Positions 29,389 through 39,587 of a DNA stretch of 47,571 nt are shown piece by piece (positions within the stretch are counted from its first letter, which is position 1; every line of letters begins with the position of its first letter). The stretch comes from Paludibacter sp. (lineage in GTDB: Bacteria > Bacteroidota > Bacteroidia > Bacteroidales > Paludibacteraceae). Both the position numbers and the translations under genes were made by a program. The stretch is taken from contig JAURYY010000080.1 in assembly GCA_030653695.1 (NCBI GenBank), forward strand, positions 1 to 47,571. The letters run 5' to 3'. The notes under the pieces were generated by a model. It had not been told where the DNA came from, searched no databases, and saw only the letters and a program-made list of their open reading frames with translations.

Positions 29389-30228
29389 ATGAATTATTAT
29401 TGCCTGATTGCGGGACTTCCCGATATACATACCGAAGATACAAAGACTGCTTTTTCAATACCCGAACTTAAAAACGAATTATTGGAACAACTTTCAGCAT
29501 CTGATGCACGGTTGTTGAAATTAATTTTTGCTGCATACGACAACGCAAACTTTCTTGCGTTTATTGCAAACAAAGAGGCAGGGTTAAATCCTCTTGGAAA
29601 TTTAAGTTCAACCGATTGGTTAGAACTTATGTTATTAATGAACGAATCTGAAAATCCTCAGGATCTGCGGTTAATGCCCTATATTCAAAAATTCCACTCA
29701 ACTTATTCCGATGAAAAATTCCTCGCCGAAGGCATTTCACCCGAAGATTATCTGGCAACACTTTATTTTGAAGAAGCATTTAAATGTGAAAATAAATTTT
29801 TGCAGAAGTGGTTTGACTTTAACCTCAATTTAAACAATATCCTTTCAGCGGTGGCATGTCGTAATCATGGTTTTGACCCACATACATTAGTTATTGGTAC
29901 TAATGAAGTAGCAACTACACTACGTCAAAGTAATGCGCGCGATTTCGGATTGACAGGCTTGTTCGAACAACTCGATTTAGTTTTGCGCATTGCAGAAGAA
30001 AATGATTTGCTCGAGCGAGAAAAGAAAATTGATGCACTGAAATGGGCATGGCTCGAAGAAAATACTTTTTTCAATTATTTTACAGTTGAAAGAGTACTTG
30101 CTTTTGTCTTGAAAATTCAAATGATTGATCGCTGGAAGATGTTATCTATAGAAAAAGGAGAACAGATTTTCAAAGAATTACTTGGAAGTATGAAAGAGGG
30201 AGCGAGTTTTGATAGCTCTAACGCCTAA
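29389..30228 (+). CDS. DUF2764 protein (V-ATPase subunit C-like)
   Basis: Motifs MNYYCLIAGLPD and EREKKID..KW.WLE...FF.YF, between ntpE and ntpA. ATG at 29389. Confidence 0.85.
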   Translation: MNYYCLIAGLPDIHTEDTKTAFSIPELKNELLEQLSASDARLLKLIFAAYDNANFLAFIANKEAGLNPLGNLSSTDWLELMLLMNESENPQDLRLMPYIQKFHSTYSDEKFLAEGISPEDYLATLYFEEAFKCENKFLQKWFDFNLNLNNILSAVACRNHGFDPHTLVIGTNEVATTLRQSNARDFGLTGLFEQLDLVLRIAEENDLLEREKKIDALKWAWLEENTFFNYFTVERVLAFVLKIQMIDRWKMLSIEKGEQIFKELLGSMKEGASFDSSNA

Positions 30229-30254
30229 AGGGAAATTTATTTTTTGTGTAAGTT

Positions 30255-30755
30255 ATGGAAATCGCAGCAGATCAAAATAAGATTTACAATATTCGAGATA
30301 AGCAAGTTATGCTTGATTTTGACTTGGCTGAAATGTATCAAATTGAAACTAAGAATCTTAACTAAAGTGTAAAAAGGAATATAAAACGATTTCCTTTGGA
30401 TTTTATGTTTCAACTTAATAACGAAGAATGGGATAGTTTGAGGTTGCAATTTGAAACCTCAAAAAGAGGAGGACGTAGATATCTGCCTTTTGCTTTTACC
30501 GAACAAGGTGTTGCAATGTTATCCGGTCTGTTAAATACCGATACTGCCATTCAAGTTAATATAGCCATAATGAGGGCATTCGTAGCGATAAGACATTTTG
30601 CTTTAGGATATGCCGAACTGAATAACAAATTAGAAGAATATATGGTTGATAATGATATGAGAATAGCTGAAATATTGGATATTATCACAGAAATGAATAA
30701 ATTTAAGACGAAACCTCTAAATCCAATTGGATATACAGTAAAAATAGAAAAATAA
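30255..30755 (+). pseudogene. ORF6N (KilA-N-like) DNA-binding domain protein with an internal TAA
   Basis: Manual translation [53 protein letters not shown]...LPFAFTEQGVAMLS, with the stop at 30363-30365. Confidence 0.88.
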
Positions 30756-30833
30756 ACACTTATATAGTCTTTTGACAATAATATGCTTTATTAGCACATT
30801 AATTTATTGGCAAATTGGCACATTAAAGAACTT

Positions 30834-32588
30834 ATGTCAACAAAAGGTAAAGTAAAAGGAATTATTTCCAACTTAGTTACGGTAGAAGTGGATGGAACCG
30901 TAGCACAAAACGAAATTGCATACATCGAATTAGGAACTCAAAAACTAATGGCCGAAGTGCTAAAAGTAGTTGGTAAAAATGCTTTCGTTCAGGTTTTCGA
31001 AAGCACGCGCGGACTGAAAGTAGGCAACGATGTTGAGTTTTGCGGACACATGCTCGAAGTAACGCTCGGACCTGGTTTGCTTTCGCGCAATTATGATGGA
31101 CTCCAGAATGACCTCGACAAACTAACCGGTGTTTTTCTTCAACGCGGTGAATATAATTATCCGCTTGATACTGAAAAGTTATGGTACTTTGAACCCCTTG
31201 CCAAAGCTGGCGACAAAGTAGAAGCCGGTTCGTGGCTTGGACAAGTGGACGAAAATCATCAGGCGCATAAAATTATGGTGCCTTTCAAATTCGAAGGTTC
31301 ATACATTGTAAAGTCGGTTGTTGCCGAAGGAGATCACAAAATTTTAGATACTATTGCAATTTTGATTGATGCCGATGGGAAAGAAAATGAAGTAACCATG
31401 GTGCAAAAGTGGCCTGTTAAAAAAGCAATTACTGTTCATGTTGAAAAACCACGTCCTTTCAAATTACTCGAAACAGGTGTTCGTATTATCGACACTGCCA
31501 ATCCGATTGTTGAAGGTGGAACTGGATTTATTCCCGGACCTTTCGGAACCGGTAAAACGGTAATGCAGCATGCCATTTCGAAACAGGCAGAAGCTGATAT
31601 TGTAGTTATTGCTGCCTGTGGCGAACGTGCCAACGAGGTAGTTGAAATTTTTGTTGAGTTCCCCGAACTCGAAGACCCACATACCGGTCGTAAGTTGATG
31701 GAACGTACCATTATTATTGCCAATACATCGAATATGCCCGTTGCATCGCGCGAAGCATCGGTTTATACGGCCATGGCTATTTCGGAATATTACCGTGCCA
31801 TGGGATTGCGCGTGTTAATGATGGCAGATTCAACTTCGCGATGGGCGCAGGCATTGCGCGAAATGAGTAACCGTATGGAAGAACTTCCGGGTCAAGATGC
31901 CTTCCCAATGGACTTATCGGCAATTATTGCCACTTTCTACAGTCGTGCAGGATATGTTTATCTGAAAAATGGACAAACAGGTTCAATTACATTTATAGGA
32001 ACAGTTTCACCAGCTGGCGGTAACCTCAAAGAACCTGTAACCGAAGGCACTAAAAAAGTAGCCCGCTGTTTCTATGCATTGGAGCAAGCCCGTGCCGACC
32101 GCAAACGTTATCCGGCAATTAACCCCATCGACAGTTATTCAAAATATATCGAATATCCTGAATTTGAAGAATATATTTCAAAGCGCATTTCGCCCGACTG
32201 GACAAGTAAGGTGAACGAAATGAAAACCATACTTCAACGAGGTAAAGAAGTTCAGGAACAAATAAATATACTAGGTGACGATGGAGTGCCGGTTGATTAT
32301 CATATTACATTCTGGAAATCGGAAGTAATTGATTTTGTAATTTTGCAACAAGATGCTTTTGATGACGTAGATGCAGTTACGCCTATTGAACGACAGGAAT
32401 TTATGTTGAATTTAGTCATGGATATTTGTCATGCCGATTTTGATTTCAGTGGTTTTGTTGAAGTTATGGATTATTTTAAACGCATTATCAATGTTTGCAA
32501 ACAGATGAATTATTCGGTTTTTCATTCCCAAGAATTTGAAAAATATATCGGAGAATTGAATGTGATACTTGCAGAAAGAAAAAAATAA
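30834..32588 (+). CDS. ntpA: V/A-type ATPase subunit A
   Basis: Walker A GPFGTGKT, CGERANE, ANTSNMPVA.REAS, DSTSRWAQA and VSPAGG. ATG at 30834. Confidence 0.97.
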   Translation: MSTKGKVKGIISNLVTVEVDGTVAQNEIAYIELGTQKLMAEVLKVVGKNAFVQVFESTRGLKVGNDVEFCGHMLEVTLGPGLLSRNYDGLQNDLDKLTGVFLQRGEYNYPLDTEKLWYFEPLAKAGDKVEAGSWLGQVDENHQAHKIMVPFKFEGSYIVKSVVAEGDHKILDTIAILIDADGKENEVTMVQKWPVKKAITVHVEKPRPFKLLETGVRIIDTANPIVEGGTGFIPGPFGTGKTVMQHAISKQAEADIVVIAACGERANEVVEIFVEFPELEDPHTGRKLMERTIIIANTSNMPVASREASVYTAMAISEYYRAMGLRVLMMADSTSRWAQALREMSNRMEELPGQDAFPMDLSAIIATFYSRAGYVYLKNGQTGSITFIGTVSPAGGNLKEPVTEGTKKVARCFYALEQARADRKRYPAINPIDSYSKYIEYPEFEEYISKRISPDWTSKVNEMKTILQRGKEVQEQINILGDDGVPVDYHITFWKSEVIDFVILQQDAFDDVDAVTPIERQEFMLNLVMDICHADFDFSGFVEVMDYFKRIINVCKQMNYSVFHSQEFEKYIGELNVILAERKK

Positions 32589-32592
32589 AAAG

Positions 32593-32925
32593 ATGAAAGC
32601 AGAAAATCATAAGCATAAACTTTTCAATCTGTTAATTAAAAACGGGGCATTTTGGTCATTTAAAAACGTTGAGTTTAAGAACGTGAGCGATGTTGATTTG
32701 GTAGCAAATGCATTACTGTATCTTAATCAAAATGAAATTGAGTTGCTTATAAAATCATATTCCAAATCATTCCTGAAAAAAGTATGGTTGGAGAAAGTGA
32801 TAATTCAAGATCCATATTTCCATAAACGAAATGTTGAAAGCGCAAAAAAATTATTTGCAATAAAAAATCCTGAAAGATATATTACTTTAAGAATAAATAA
32901 ATATTACAGGCAATTAGCACAGTAA
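32593..32925 (+). CDS. Small partner protein upstream of the AbiEii-like toxin (putative antitoxin)
   Basis: Basic 110-aa protein with an FWS motif, 3 nt upstream of the nucleotidyltransferase. ATG at 32593. Confidence 0.6.
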   Translation: MKAENHKHKLFNLLIKNGAFWSFKNVEFKNVSDVDLVANALLYLNQNEIELLIKSYSKSFLKKVWLEKVIIQDPYFHKRNVESAKKLFAIKNPERYITLRINKYYRQLAQ

Positions 32926-32928
32926 ATC

Positions 32929-33585
32929 ATGGCATTAGCACCTCAAACATCTAAAATATTTGATGCTGTTTGTAAATTAAACTGTATAAAAGATTATGTA
33001 CTAATTGGTGGTACAGCTCTTTCTTTACAACTAAATACAAGACTTAGTGAGGATTTAGATTTTTGTAAGTGGAAAAAATTAAAATCAGAATCAAACGAAA
33101 TTGATTTCAGAACAATAAAAAGGGAACTTTCTGCAATTGGAAAGATTGAACATTTTGATATAATTCAGGAGAATCAATTACATATTCTTTTTGAGGGAGT
33201 TAAAATATCATTTTATGCTAATCAAAAGTTGAATCCAATTATAAAAATACTTGATTATAAAGATAATTTGAGGATAGCTGACGTTTTTTCAATTGGTGTA
33301 ATGAAACTTGAAGTTTTGGCAAGAAGATCAGCATTTCGTGATTATTATGATATTTATTGCATTCTTGAATCTGGTTGCGATTTAAAGGAAATGATAAATC
33401 AATCTTTAAAATATTCTAAGCATCAATTAAAAACCAAGAGTATTATCAATATGCTTACCGGAATCGAAAGGATAAAAAGTGAAAGTAATTTTAATTTATT
33501 ATCGCCGAAATATGATATTTCGCCAAATGAATTAACAAGTTACTTCATTGATAAACTTATTCATATTGAAGGAAATAGAAAATAA
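32929..33585 (+). CDS. AbiEii/AbiGii-family nucleotidyltransferase (type IV TA toxin-like)
   Basis: Motifs LIGGTALSL...R.SEDLDF and MKL.....R...RDYYDIY. Confidence 0.88.
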   Translation: MALAPQTSKIFDAVCKLNCIKDYVLIGGTALSLQLNTRLSEDLDFCKWKKLKSESNEIDFRTIKRELSAIGKIEHFDIIQENQLHILFEGVKISFYANQKLNPIIKILDYKDNLRIADVFSIGVMKLEVLARRSAFRDYYDIYCILESGCDLKEMINQSLKYSKHQLKTKSIINMLTGIERIKSESNFNLLSPKYDISPNELTSYFIDKLIHIEGNRK

Positions 33586-33594
33586 ACAAATAAA

Positions 33595-34911
33595 ATGGCA
33601 ACAAAAGCATTTCAAAAAATTTACACCAAGATAATTCAGATTAACAAAGCGACTTGTACGCTTCATGCAACTGGAGTAGGCAACGAGGAGTTAGCTACCG
33701 TAAATGGAAAATTAGCTCAGGTGGTGAAAATTATGGGCGAAGAAGTTACTTTGCAAGTTTTTAGCGGCACCGAAGGTATCCCTACCAATGCAGAAGTAAT
33801 TTTTTTGGGCAAAGCGCCATCGCTTAAAGTGAGCGAACAATTGGCGGGGCGGTTTTTCAATTCGTTTGGCGACCCCATTGATGGCGGACCTGAAGTGGAA
33901 GGAGAAGAACGCGAAATTGGCGGACCTTCGGTGAATCCCGTTCGCCGAAAACAGCCATCTGAACTTATTGCAACCGGTATTGCAGGTATCGATTTGAACA
34001 ACACATTGGTTTCCGGACAAAAAATTCCTTTTTTTGCTGACCCCGATCAACCATTTAATCAAGTTATGGCTAACGTGGCTTTGCGTGCCAAAACCGATAA
34101 AATTATACTTGGTGGTATGGGTTTAACCAACGATGATTACCTGTATTTCAAAAATGTATTTAACAATGCCGGTGTGCTCGACCGTATTGTGAGTTTTGTG
34201 AATACAACTGAAAATCCACCAGTCGAACGCTTATTAATTCCTGATATGGCGTTGACGGCTGCAGAGTATTTTGCAGTTGATAAAAACGAAAAAGTATTGG
34301 TTCTACTTACCGATATGACATCGTATGCAGATGCTTTGGCAATTGTATCGAATCGTATGGATCAGATTCCTTCGAAAGATTCCATGCCGGGCTCGCTTTA
34401 TTCCGATTTGGCAAAAATCTACGAAAAGGCGGTGCAATTTCCTGCCGGAGGTTCTATTACCATTATTGCGGTAACCACGCTTTCGGGCGGCGATATCACA
34501 CACGCCATTCCCGATAATACCGGTTATATTACCGAAGGACAGTTGTTCTTGCGTCGCGATACCGATGTTGGTAAAGTTATTGTCGATCCTTTCCGTTCGC
34601 TTTCACGCTTGAAACAGTTGGTAATCGGTAAAAAAACACGTGAAGATCATCCGCAGGTAATGAATGCTGCTGTCCGACTGTTTGCCGATGCCGCCAATGC
34701 CAAAACAAAACTTGAAAATGGTTTTGACCTGACTGATTATGATGATCGCACCTTAGCCTTTGCCAAAGATTATTCTTTAAAATTACTGGCAATTGATGTC
34801 AACATTGATACAACCAAAATGTTGGATGTAACTTGGGAAATGCTTGCTGACCATTTTAAACCTGCAGAGGTAAATATTAAGCAGGAACTGGTGGATAAAT
34901 ATTGGAAATAG
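33595..34911 (+). CDS. ntpB: V/A-type ATPase subunit B
   Basis: Motifs IATGIAGID..NTLV.GQKIPFF, LTDMTSYADAL, HAIPDNTGYITEGQ and SLSRL. Confidence 0.97.
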   Translation: MATKAFQKIYTKIIQINKATCTLHATGVGNEELATVNGKLAQVVKIMGEEVTLQVFSGTEGIPTNAEVIFLGKAPSLKVSEQLAGRFFNSFGDPIDGGPEVEGEEREIGGPSVNPVRRKQPSELIATGIAGIDLNNTLVSGQKIPFFADPDQPFNQVMANVALRAKTDKIILGGMGLTNDDYLYFKNVFNNAGVLDRIVSFVNTTENPPVERLLIPDMALTAAEYFAVDKNEKVLVLLTDMTSYADALAIVSNRMDQIPSKDSMPGSLYSDLAKIYEKAVQFPAGGSITIIAVTTLSGGDITHAIPDNTGYITEGQLFLRRDTDVGKVIVDPFRSLSRLKQLVIGKKTREDHPQVMNAAVRLFADAANAKTKLENGFDLTDYDDRTLAFAKDYSLKLLAIDVNIDTTKMLDVTWEMLADHFKPAEVNIKQELVDKYWK

Positions 34912-34945
34912 TTACCAAATATTTTGTTACAATAACCTTATATGT

Positions 34946-35536
34946 ATGTCTGATGTTGTGAAATTTAATGAAATAGAAAGCAAAATAATTACTTTTCGTA
35001 ATCAAAAAGTGCTTTTAGACTTTGATGTGGCAGAGCTTTACGGAGTTGAAACCAAGCGTGTGAACGAAGCAGTAAAGAACAATCCTGAGAAATTTCCTTA
35101 TGGATATGTAATTGAATGAAGTGAATCTGAGTTTTCAGATTTGCGGTCGAAAATTTCGACCGCAAAAATATCGAAAACGCGAACAGTGCCAAAAGCATTT
35201 ACAGAAAAAGGTCTTTATATGCTGGCAACAATTCTGAAAAGCAAAATAGCTACAGAAACCACTATCGGAATCATCGAAACGTTTACAAAACTAAGGGCAT
35301 TTACACAAACTGTTTCACAACTAATTGAAACTAAAGAAGAAAAAGTTCAAAAAACATTACTGAAGCAAAGCAGTGAATTAATTTCTGAAATACTTGGCAA
35401 CGATAAAGATATTGCTGAAACTGAAACAACTATTGAATTAAATTTGGCGGTACTTAAATTCAAACATACTATTAAAAGGAAAAACAATAATGATGAGGTT
35501 CACGAAGAGGTACCAATTTATATAAAAATCAAATAA
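34946..35536 (+). pseudogene. ORF6N (KilA-N-like) DNA-binding domain protein with an internal TGA
   Basis: Manual translation MSDVVKFNEIESKIITFRNQKVLLDFDVAELYGVETKRVNEAVKNNPEKFPYGYVIE*SESEFSDLRSK...PKAFTEKGLYMLATILKS, with the stop at 35117-35119. Confidence 0.88.
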
Positions 35537-35571
35537 TTAAGTCTTTATTTAATAGAAAAAGACAAATATTT

Positions 35572-36177
35572 ATGGCATTACAATTTCAATATAATAAAAC
35601 GGCATTACAATCTTTAGAAAAAAATCTGAAGATGCGTGTTCGTGCTTTGCCTACCATTAAAAATAAAGAAAGTGCATTGCGAATGGAAGTAAAACGCGCC
35701 AAAGATGACATTCTGAAATTAGAACAGGAGTTGGAACAGCGCATAGCAGCTTACGACAAAATGCTGGCTTTGTGGGGTGAGTTTGATACATCGCTTTTGC
35801 AAGTGGAAGATGTAAAGATGAGCATAAAAAAAATTGCCAGTGTTCGTATTCCCGTATTGGATGAAGTTGTTTATAAAACCAAACTTTTCAGTTTATTCAA
35901 TTCGCCTAAATGGTTTGCCGATGGAATTACACTAATCAAAGAGCTGGCACAGATAGGCATTGAACAGGAATTCTCAGTACAAAAAATGAATTTACTTGAG
36001 CATGCCCGTAAAAAGACAACTCAAAAAGTGAATCTGTTCGAGAAAGTGCAAATTCCGGGATACGAAGATGCTATACGTAAAATTAAACGATTTATGGAAG
36101 ATGAAGAAAATCTTTCAAAATCGTCTCAGAAAATTGTGAAATCGCGTCAGGAAAAATTGAAGGAGGCTGAATTATGA
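35572..36177 (+). CDS. ntpD: V/A-type ATPase subunit D
   Basis: Motifs RALPTIKNKE and RKTTQKVNLFEKVQIP. Confidence 0.95.
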   Translation: MALQFQYNKTALQSLEKNLKMRVRALPTIKNKESALRMEVKRAKDDILKLEQELEQRIAAYDKMLALWGEFDTSLLQVEDVKMSIKKIASVRIPVLDEVVYKTKLFSLFNSPKWFADGITLIKELAQIGIEQEFSVQKMNLLEHARKKTTQKVNLFEKVQIPGYEDAIRKIKRFMEDEENLSKSSQKIVKSRQEKLKEAEL

Positions 36178-38009
36178 TAGTGAAAATGAAACGCTATTCA
36201 TTTTTGGTGTATCACCGGCAATACACTGAATTTCTTGAAAAACTCAGGGAAACAGGAGTGTTACACGTGATTGAGAAACCTGAAGGAATTGCTGAAAACG
36301 ATGCTTTGCGTGACAAAATGCAGTTAGCAGCCAGGGTAAAAACAGCAATTAAACATATTGAAAAGTTGATTCCAAAAGGAGTGATTCCAAAAACGGAAAA
36401 TACTTCTGATAATGGTTTGGAATTGCTGATTAATATTGAAAATAAATTTGCAGCTAAAGAATTATTGGAACAAAAGCTGCAGCTTGCCGAACGTGACCGC
36501 GATCGCATGGAAGTTTGGGGCAGATTCAGTCTCGAAAGGTTACAAAATTTAAAAGATGCTGGTTTTGTGTTGACCTTTTTTAGTTGTAATCTTCGAAAGT
36601 TCGATCAGGAATGGGAAGTACTTTATAATGCGTTTGAGATTGATACTGTTGGAACTACCCGTTATTTTATTACTATAACTCAACTTGGCGAAGCTGTTGA
36701 CATAGATGCAGATCCTGTGAAACTTTCATCTAAAACAGCCGAACAACTTGACATTGAAATTATTTCATTGCGAGAAACTATAGAAAAAGAAAAATCAGAT
36801 TTGATCAATTTGGCTGTCGACAACAAATTTGGTTTGAAAGACTTTCAGGCTAAGGTGATGAGCGAAATTGATTTTTCGAATGTAATATTGAACACTCAAG
36901 CTGAAGCCGATGAAAAAGTGATGTTGCTCGAAGGCTGGTGTCCCGAAGAATCTGAAACTCTATTGAACGGATATCTCGAAGCATCGGGTATTTACTACGA
37001 AACTGCCCAGCCTACCGAAGGTGATAAGGTGCCTGTTAAGCTTAAAAATAATGCTTTTGCCAAATTATACGAAATGATCGGCGAATTGTATGATATGCCC
37101 AATTATCACGAAATTGATTTAACTCCTTTCTTTGCACCTTTTTATATGCTCTTTTTCGGGTTATGTCTGGGAGATGCAGGATATGGTTTTATTTTGGTGT
37201 TAATAGCAATTTTTGCACGCAGAAAAGTAAAACCCGCGTTGAAACCAATTTTATCTTTAGTGGCATGGTTGGGTGGTGCCACTGTAATTCTGGGAACGGT
37301 AAGTGGAACCTTTTTTGGTTATAACCTTTTAGAGTCTGAAATATCCTGGCTCGAAACAATAAAAGTTTTTATGCTTAATTCCGATCAATTATTTTACACG
37401 GCATTAATTATTGGTGTAGTACAAATAATGTTTGGCATGATACTCAAAGCTGTAGGTAAAGTTCGCCGTTTTGGTTTTGCGAACTCTCTTTCAACCTGGG
37501 GCTGGATAATAGTTTTATTAGGATGCGGAGGAGCTTATGCGCTTTCAAATTTTGCGGGACTTCAGCCCGAAATTGCGAAATGGACTTATATGGTTACAGG
37601 AGGAATTGGCGGACTTTTAATATTTGTTTTAAATAATATTAAACGTAATCCATTAATAAATATAGGAGCTGGTTTGTGGGATACTTACAATATGGCAACG
37701 GGATTATTGGGTGATGTTTTATCATATATCCGATTGTTTGCATTAGGAATTTCAGGAGCTGTTATGGGTTTTGTATTTAATGATCTGGCAATTCAACTAA
37801 GTGGTGATATACCGGTTTTAAGTCCGCTGATAATGATTTTAATTATGCTCTTAGGACACAGCATCAATATATTTATGTCAGGATTAAGTGCATTTGTGCA
37901 TCCCATGCGTTTAACATTTGTCGAATTTTATAAAAACTCAGGATTTGAAGGAGGTGGGAAAAAATACAAACCATTTTCGAAATATAAAGAAAAAGAGTCT
38001 CTGTTTTAA
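36174..38009 (+). CDS. ntpI: V/A-type ATPase subunit I (a)
   Basis: Motifs P.Y.E.D.TP, FFG.CLGDAGYG, DVLSYIRLFALG and HPMRLTFVEF. Confidence 0.96.
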   Translation: MIVKMKRYSFLVYHRQYTEFLEKLRETGVLHVIEKPEGIAENDALRDKMQLAARVKTAIKHIEKLIPKGVIPKTENTSDNGLELLINIENKFAAKELLEQKLQLAERDRDRMEVWGRFSLERLQNLKDAGFVLTFFSCNLRKFDQEWEVLYNAFEIDTVGTTRYFITITQLGEAVDIDADPVKLSSKTAEQLDIEIISLRETIEKEKSDLINLAVDNKFGLKDFQAKVMSEIDFSNVILNTQAEADEKVMLLEGWCPEESETLLNGYLEASGIYYETAQPTEGDKVPVKLKNNAFAKLYEMIGELYDMPNYHEIDLTPFFAPFYMLFFGLCLGDAGYGFILVLIAIFARRKVKPALKPILSLVAWLGGATVILGTVSGTFFGYNLLESEISWLETIKVFMLNSDQLFYTALIIGVVQIMFGMILKAVGKVRRFGFANSLSTWGWIIVLLGCGGAYALSNFAGLQPEIAKWTYMVTGGIGGLLIFVLNNIKRNPLINIGAGLWDTYNMATGLLGDVLSYIRLFALGISGAVMGFVFNDLAIQLSGDIPVLSPLIMILIMLLGHSINIFMSGLSAFVHPMRLTFVEFYKNSGFEGGGKKYKPFSKYKEKESLF

Positions 38010-38022
38010 AAAATTGAAATAA

Positions 38023-38511
<489 letters not shown>

Positions 38512-38530
38512 AACAAACAGTTAATTGTTA

Positions 38531-38562
38531 AGAAGCTCAAACGTTACTGCGTTTGAGCTTCT
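38531..38562 (+). terminator. Terminator of the V-ATPase operon
   Basis: AGAAGCTCAAACG-TTACTG-CGTTTGAGCTTCT. Confidence 0.75.
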
Positions 38563-38624
38563 CGTATTTTGGTTTTCATTCAAAAAAAGTTACTTTTGTG
38601 TAGTTATTACATGAAAAAAAAATA

Positions 38625-39491
38625 ATGAAGAAAAAAACCGCAAATTTAAAATCAATATTCCAAAAATTGCGTTTTCAATACCGCGTTTCGGTGTTGAACG
38701 AGAATACGCTCGAAGAATCGTGGTACATAAGGCTATCACGATTAAATGTCATTTTTTTTACTTCTGCGTTGGGTTTATTTACTTTTATTGTCATTACGGT
38801 TCTTATTTTTACAACTCCTATCCGCTATTATTTACCTGGCTACGGCGATTCAGGAAACAGGGGAAGTATTATTCACGAGTCGATGAAAACCGACTCGTTG
38901 TTTTCACAAATTGAATTACAATCGGGTTATCTTGATGTTATTAAAGGTGTGATATCCGGTAATTTAAAAGCCGATTCAATTCATAAACTCGATTCGGTAT
39001 CACTGAAGCAACAAGCAGAATTAATGCTCGAAAAATCGAAAGCCGAAAAAGAATTTATAAAAAAATACGAAAGCGAAGAAAAATATAACTTATCAACTAT
39101 TGCCGCTAAACCGAATGAAAACATGTATGTTTTTTTTCGACCCACAAAAGGTGTTATTTCTTCTATGTTTAATATGACCGAAAAGCAGTTTGGGATTTAT
39201 ATGATAACTTCGCCCAACGAAACTGTGGTGAGTGTTCTTTCAGGAACCGTAGTTTATACTGCTTTTACTTTTGATTATGGCTGGGTTATTCAGGTACAGC
39301 ACGAAAATAATTTTATTTCGATATACAGAAATAACACAAGGTTGCTCAAAAAAACCGGCGACAATGTAAAAGCCGGTGAAGGAATTGCTATTACCGGTGA
39401 GGGTGCCGATAATAAAACAGGCGTTCAGTTTTATTTTGAACTTTGGCAGCAAGGTAAACCGGTTAATCCGGAGGATGTAATAATTTTTTAG
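38625..39491 (+). CDS. M23/LytM-domain membrane-anchored protein, apparently lacking zinc ligands
   Basis: N-terminal TM and the M23 pattern (SV.SGTV, G.VI.VQH.N...S.Y, K.GD.VK.GE.I...G, FELW..G.PVNP), upstream of dxr. TACTTTTG at 38591-38598. Confidence 0.85.
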   Translation: MKKKTANLKSIFQKLRFQYRVSVLNENTLEESWYIRLSRLNVIFFTSALGLFTFIVITVLIFTTPIRYYLPGYGDSGNRGSIIHESMKTDSLFSQIELQSGYLDVIKGVISGNLKADSIHKLDSVSLKQQAELMLEKSKAEKEFIKKYESEEKYNLSTIAAKPNENMYVFFRPTKGVISSMFNMTEKQFGIYMITSPNETVVSVLSGTVVYTAFTFDYGWVIQVQHENNFISIYRNNTRLLKKTGDNVKAGEGIAITGEGADNKTGVQFYFELWQQGKPVNPEDVIIF

Positions 39492-39587
39492 AGAACAGCC
39501 TCCAGCCCCTAAAGGGGATAAAAAAGTTAATTTGTTGATTTTGAGTTCAAATTTCTAACTTTATATTTCTTATTTCTAACTTAGTTA

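Noticed and set aside
30363-35119. Stop-codon reassignment or selenocysteine as an explanation for the ORF6N internal stops
   Set aside because: The two stops differ (TAA and TGA), both codons terminate ordinary genes here, and the TGA is not at a Cys-like position.
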